From IMG/VR virus record IMGVR_UViG_3300045825_000120, positions 1 to 37,428 of that record: a stretch of 37,428 nucleotides of DNA, one strand, 5' to 3'. How positions within the stretch are numbered: the stretch's first letter is position 1; the number at the start of each line of letters is the position of its first letter. Below are positions 35,085 through 37,428 of this stretch, piece by piece. The translations under genes and the position numbers were made by a program. The stretch comes from a virus (lineage: Duplodnaviria; Caudoviricetes). A model generated the notes under the pieces. It saw only the letters and a program-made list of their open reading frames with translations, made no database searches and was not told the DNA's origin.

Positions 35085-35990
35085 TTACATTGATAAAAGT
35101 AACAATTCTATGTCGTCCTCATCCTGCTGCAACTCATATAGCATAGATTGTATAGCAATTAGTGCCTCTATGTCATTATTTTTCTGTGCTTGGATAGCGT
35201 CAAACTGTACGTTAAACCGCGCTAAAAGCGTCTCTATTGCTTCCAGCTTTGGGGCTTCAACAATCTCAGGCTTAACAACTTTGAGGGCTTTAATAACCCG
35301 CTTAGCTGCACCACGGCTTGACTTCTTAGCCGTCTCTATTGCTTGTTCCGCTGCTAGATAGCTATCAGCTTCTTGAGCGTTGTTGAATATGAGATATTGT
35401 TTACCACGCTTAACGTAAATCTTTTTGCGCTGTAGTATTACTTCACCACTGTAGGCAGTAGTACCACCCTCAACAACTCCAGCACTAACAACGGTTTGTG
35501 CTTGAGATGTACTAGCAGAACCAGATACACCACCAGCCGCGACGAATGAGCCACTAGAAGTTATTGTTTGCGCTTCACTTGTCGCAGTTGTACCTGTAAC
35601 CGCTTGTGGAGCACTTGAACCGCTAGCCGCTACCGTTTCGCCTTGGCTTGTCGCCGCTGCCCCATTGATTCCTGATACTGAAGATGTTCCAGATGCTGCT
35701 ATTGTTTGCGCTTGGCTTGTTGCAGTTGTTCCTGTTACGCTAGGTGCACTAACGACACCAACTACATCAACAGTTTGTGCCTGCGAGGTTGAATCCGTGC
35801 CAGATACACCACCAGCGGCAGTAAATGAACCAGCCGAAACAACTGTTTGCGCTTGTGAAGCTGCTAGCGTTCCCGATACAGCCGCAACCGTAGTAGTTCC
35901 TGTGATAGCAACCGTTTGAGCTTGAGACGTTACCGCCGTGCCCGTTACACCGCTACCACCGCTACTAGTTAGCGCCAGCAGTAAAGACAT
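35085..35990 (-). CDS. Protein with seven ~23-aa Ser/Thr/Ala repeats and a charged C-terminal domain
   Basis: Unit V(S/T)G....SQAQTV...G repeated seven times. Confidence 0.8.
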   Translation of the reverse strand: MSLLLALTSSGGSGVTGTAVTSQAQTVAITGTTTVAAVSGTLAASQAQTVVSAGSFTAAGGVSGTDSTSQAQTVDVVGVVSAPSVTGTTATSQAQTIAASGTSSVSGINGAAATSQGETVAASGSSAPQAVTGTTATSEAQTITSSGSFVAAGGVSGSASTSQAQTVVSAGVVEGGTTAYSGEVILQRKKIYVKRGKQYLIFNNAQEADSYLAAEQAIETAKKSSRGAAKRVIKALKVVKPEIVEAPKLEAIETLLARFNVQFDAIQAQKNNDIEALIAIQSMLYELQQDEDDIELLLLSM

Positions 35991-35994
35991 TTAC

Positions 35995-37428
35995 TTACTC
36001 CCAGCTTGCGTCAAAGCTAATGGCGTGTTGAATTGTTCCAGTTGTTACAGCCGTACCAATTAAGTTATGACAAACCAGCGCGACAAATTCGCCAGGGTTT
36101 AAATAAATTGGTGTTTGTAAAATGACGTTCGCCGACGGATTGCCCGATGGTAATGTTCCTGCGCCAGATGTAGCCGCATACGCTTGGGCAATAGGCAACT
36201 GAACGCGCCTATATGCTTTGGTTGTTACCGTATCTGCTGCCACACCTGCCAATGACACTGATGTAGAACCATAAGCTAGATAAAAATGCTTTGCAATTGG
36301 CCCACCAGCAAAAACAGTTTGCACCGCAGATGCAATGTTTACAGCATCAATGCGAAGTCGTCTATTTTGTGCGAATGTTGTACCTGTTGCAGTTGGTAAA
36401 GCTGGGCATTGGTAAGCCATCAAAATAGTATCTGTAGCCGCCGCGCCTGTTGGTGTTTCCAGCACAATACCGCTTAAAGAGGTGAGCAAAGCTGTAGTAT
36501 TGGTTGGTGCTGCCGCTGTCGGTCTTGTTATAGAGCCAGTTGTGATTGTTTGGTTGGCTGTTGTCGTTAAAGTTCCAGGCAACAATATAGACTCACCTGC
36601 ACGCGCTGCAAGTACGTTTAGTGTTGTGGAAATGTTTGTACCACCTCGACGAACGCAATAACGTGAAACTATCAGTGCTGCTGCAATAGTCGTTGAGCCT
36701 GAGATATTATGACGGGCGAATGTCTGCAAAGCAGGTGATGCTGTTGGCATACCATAGCCGGGCGGTGTCGCAATTTCAGCCGCTAACCAGATGTTGTCCG
36801 TTACTGGGTCATTCACCCAAAACTCTACAGAACGTGTTGAGTTGTAGATAATGAATTGATAGCGTCTACCATTAACGGGAACCCATGCTGCACCTGTATA
36901 GTCGTTAAATACGCCTGAAATAGCTGTATCAGTTGCTGAGTTGTTTCGGATAACACCGTATGCGCCTGTTGAGTTGAGACGGATATAAACACCATCGAAA
37001 ACATCAAACGGCGTTGTCGTACCCAATAAACCTAACCCAAACTCTAGCGTCTGATTGCTTGGAATTGCAGCACCTGAAGCGTATGATGCTGTTGCTTCCA
37101 TATCAAGGGCAATTGTTTCAGTACCAATCATGGAATAGGTTTTCCATGTTCGCAGTACCGTTGTCGCTGCTGCTGTCAATAAGTTTGTTGGATTAGTGTT
37201 AAATCCAGCCGTTGACCATGACGGAACAAACGTAGTTGCGTCCATTCGGTGCTTGGTAAAGTTTTGCGCCGTATAGGTGAAACTTTCCTCATCAAATATC
37301 AAATCAGAACCAGTCCGCATGCGGAAATCATCATCTACCTCAGGCGATAATAGATAGGGCGAACCAGTTGCTAAGCCTGCATCATTCTCTGAGAAGTTAC
37401 GAACGCCACCAATATACGCTGGTGTGTT
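35995..37428 (-). CDS. 3' part of the ~505-aa virion fibre/lectin-like protein (starts at 337)
   Basis: Thr/Ala-rich beta protein; frame is open through the terminal repeat. Confidence 0.8.
   Translation of the reverse strand, partial: NTPAYIGGVRNFSENDAGLATGSPYLLSPEVDDDFRMRTGSDLIFDEESFTYTAQNFTKHRMDATTFVPSWSTAGFNTNPTNLLTAAATTVLRTWKTYSMIGTETIALDMEATASYASGAAIPSNQTLEFGLGLLGTTTPFDVFDGVYIRLNSTGAYGVIRNNSATDTAISGVFNDYTGAAWVPVNGRRYQFIIYNSTRSVEFWVNDPVTDNIWLAAEIATPPGYGMPTASPALQTFARHNISGSTTIAAALIVSRYCVRRGGTNISTTLNVLAARAGESILLPGTLTTTANQTITTGSITRPTAAAPTNTTALLTSLSGIVLETPTGAAATDTILMAYQCPALPTATGTTFAQNRRLRIDAVNIASAVQTVFAGGPIAKHFYLAYGSTSVSLAGVAADTVTTKAYRRVQLPIAQAYAATSGAGTLPSGNPSANVILQTPIYLNPGEFVALVCHNLIGTAVTTGTIQHAISFDASWE
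37176..37428. repeat. Terminal direct repeat, right copy
   Basis: Matches 1-253 with one mismatch. Confidence 0.97.

Overview
The window is an apparently complete ~37.2 kb dsDNA tailed-phage genome with podovirus-like morphogenesis genes. Bases 1-253 repeat at 37176-37428 with one mismatch, so the unit length is 37175 bp and one gene runs across the junction. A long minus-strand arm starts near 12532 and wraps through the contig ends to 17737. It carries small HTH/RHH proteins, a truncated replication-initiator-like protein, a C5 methyltransferase, NinG, a ParB-methyltransferase, TerS/TerL, portal, fibre-like genes, scaffold, major capsid, adaptor, nozzle, an ART-like protein, ejection proteins, tail fibre and lysis genes. 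A short plus-strand arm (12690-17732) carries an ERF recombinase, an SSB and accessory ORFs. I found no integrase, CI repressor, helicase, polymerase, tRNA or CRISPR. The most notable observations are: (1) a ~410-nt promoter-driven, heavily structured non-coding region beside the mini-initiator; (2) eight TAGGG-N4-CCCTA-type palindromes, seven of them 22-23 bp upstream of a -10 hexamer; (3) twin antisense HNH-AP2 endonucleases, one of which truncates the original endolysin start while a second, divergent start follows it; (4) a dual-frame M.EcoHK31I-like C5 methyltransferase; (5) near absence of GATC. All protein family calls come from recognising motifs by eye, not from database searches.
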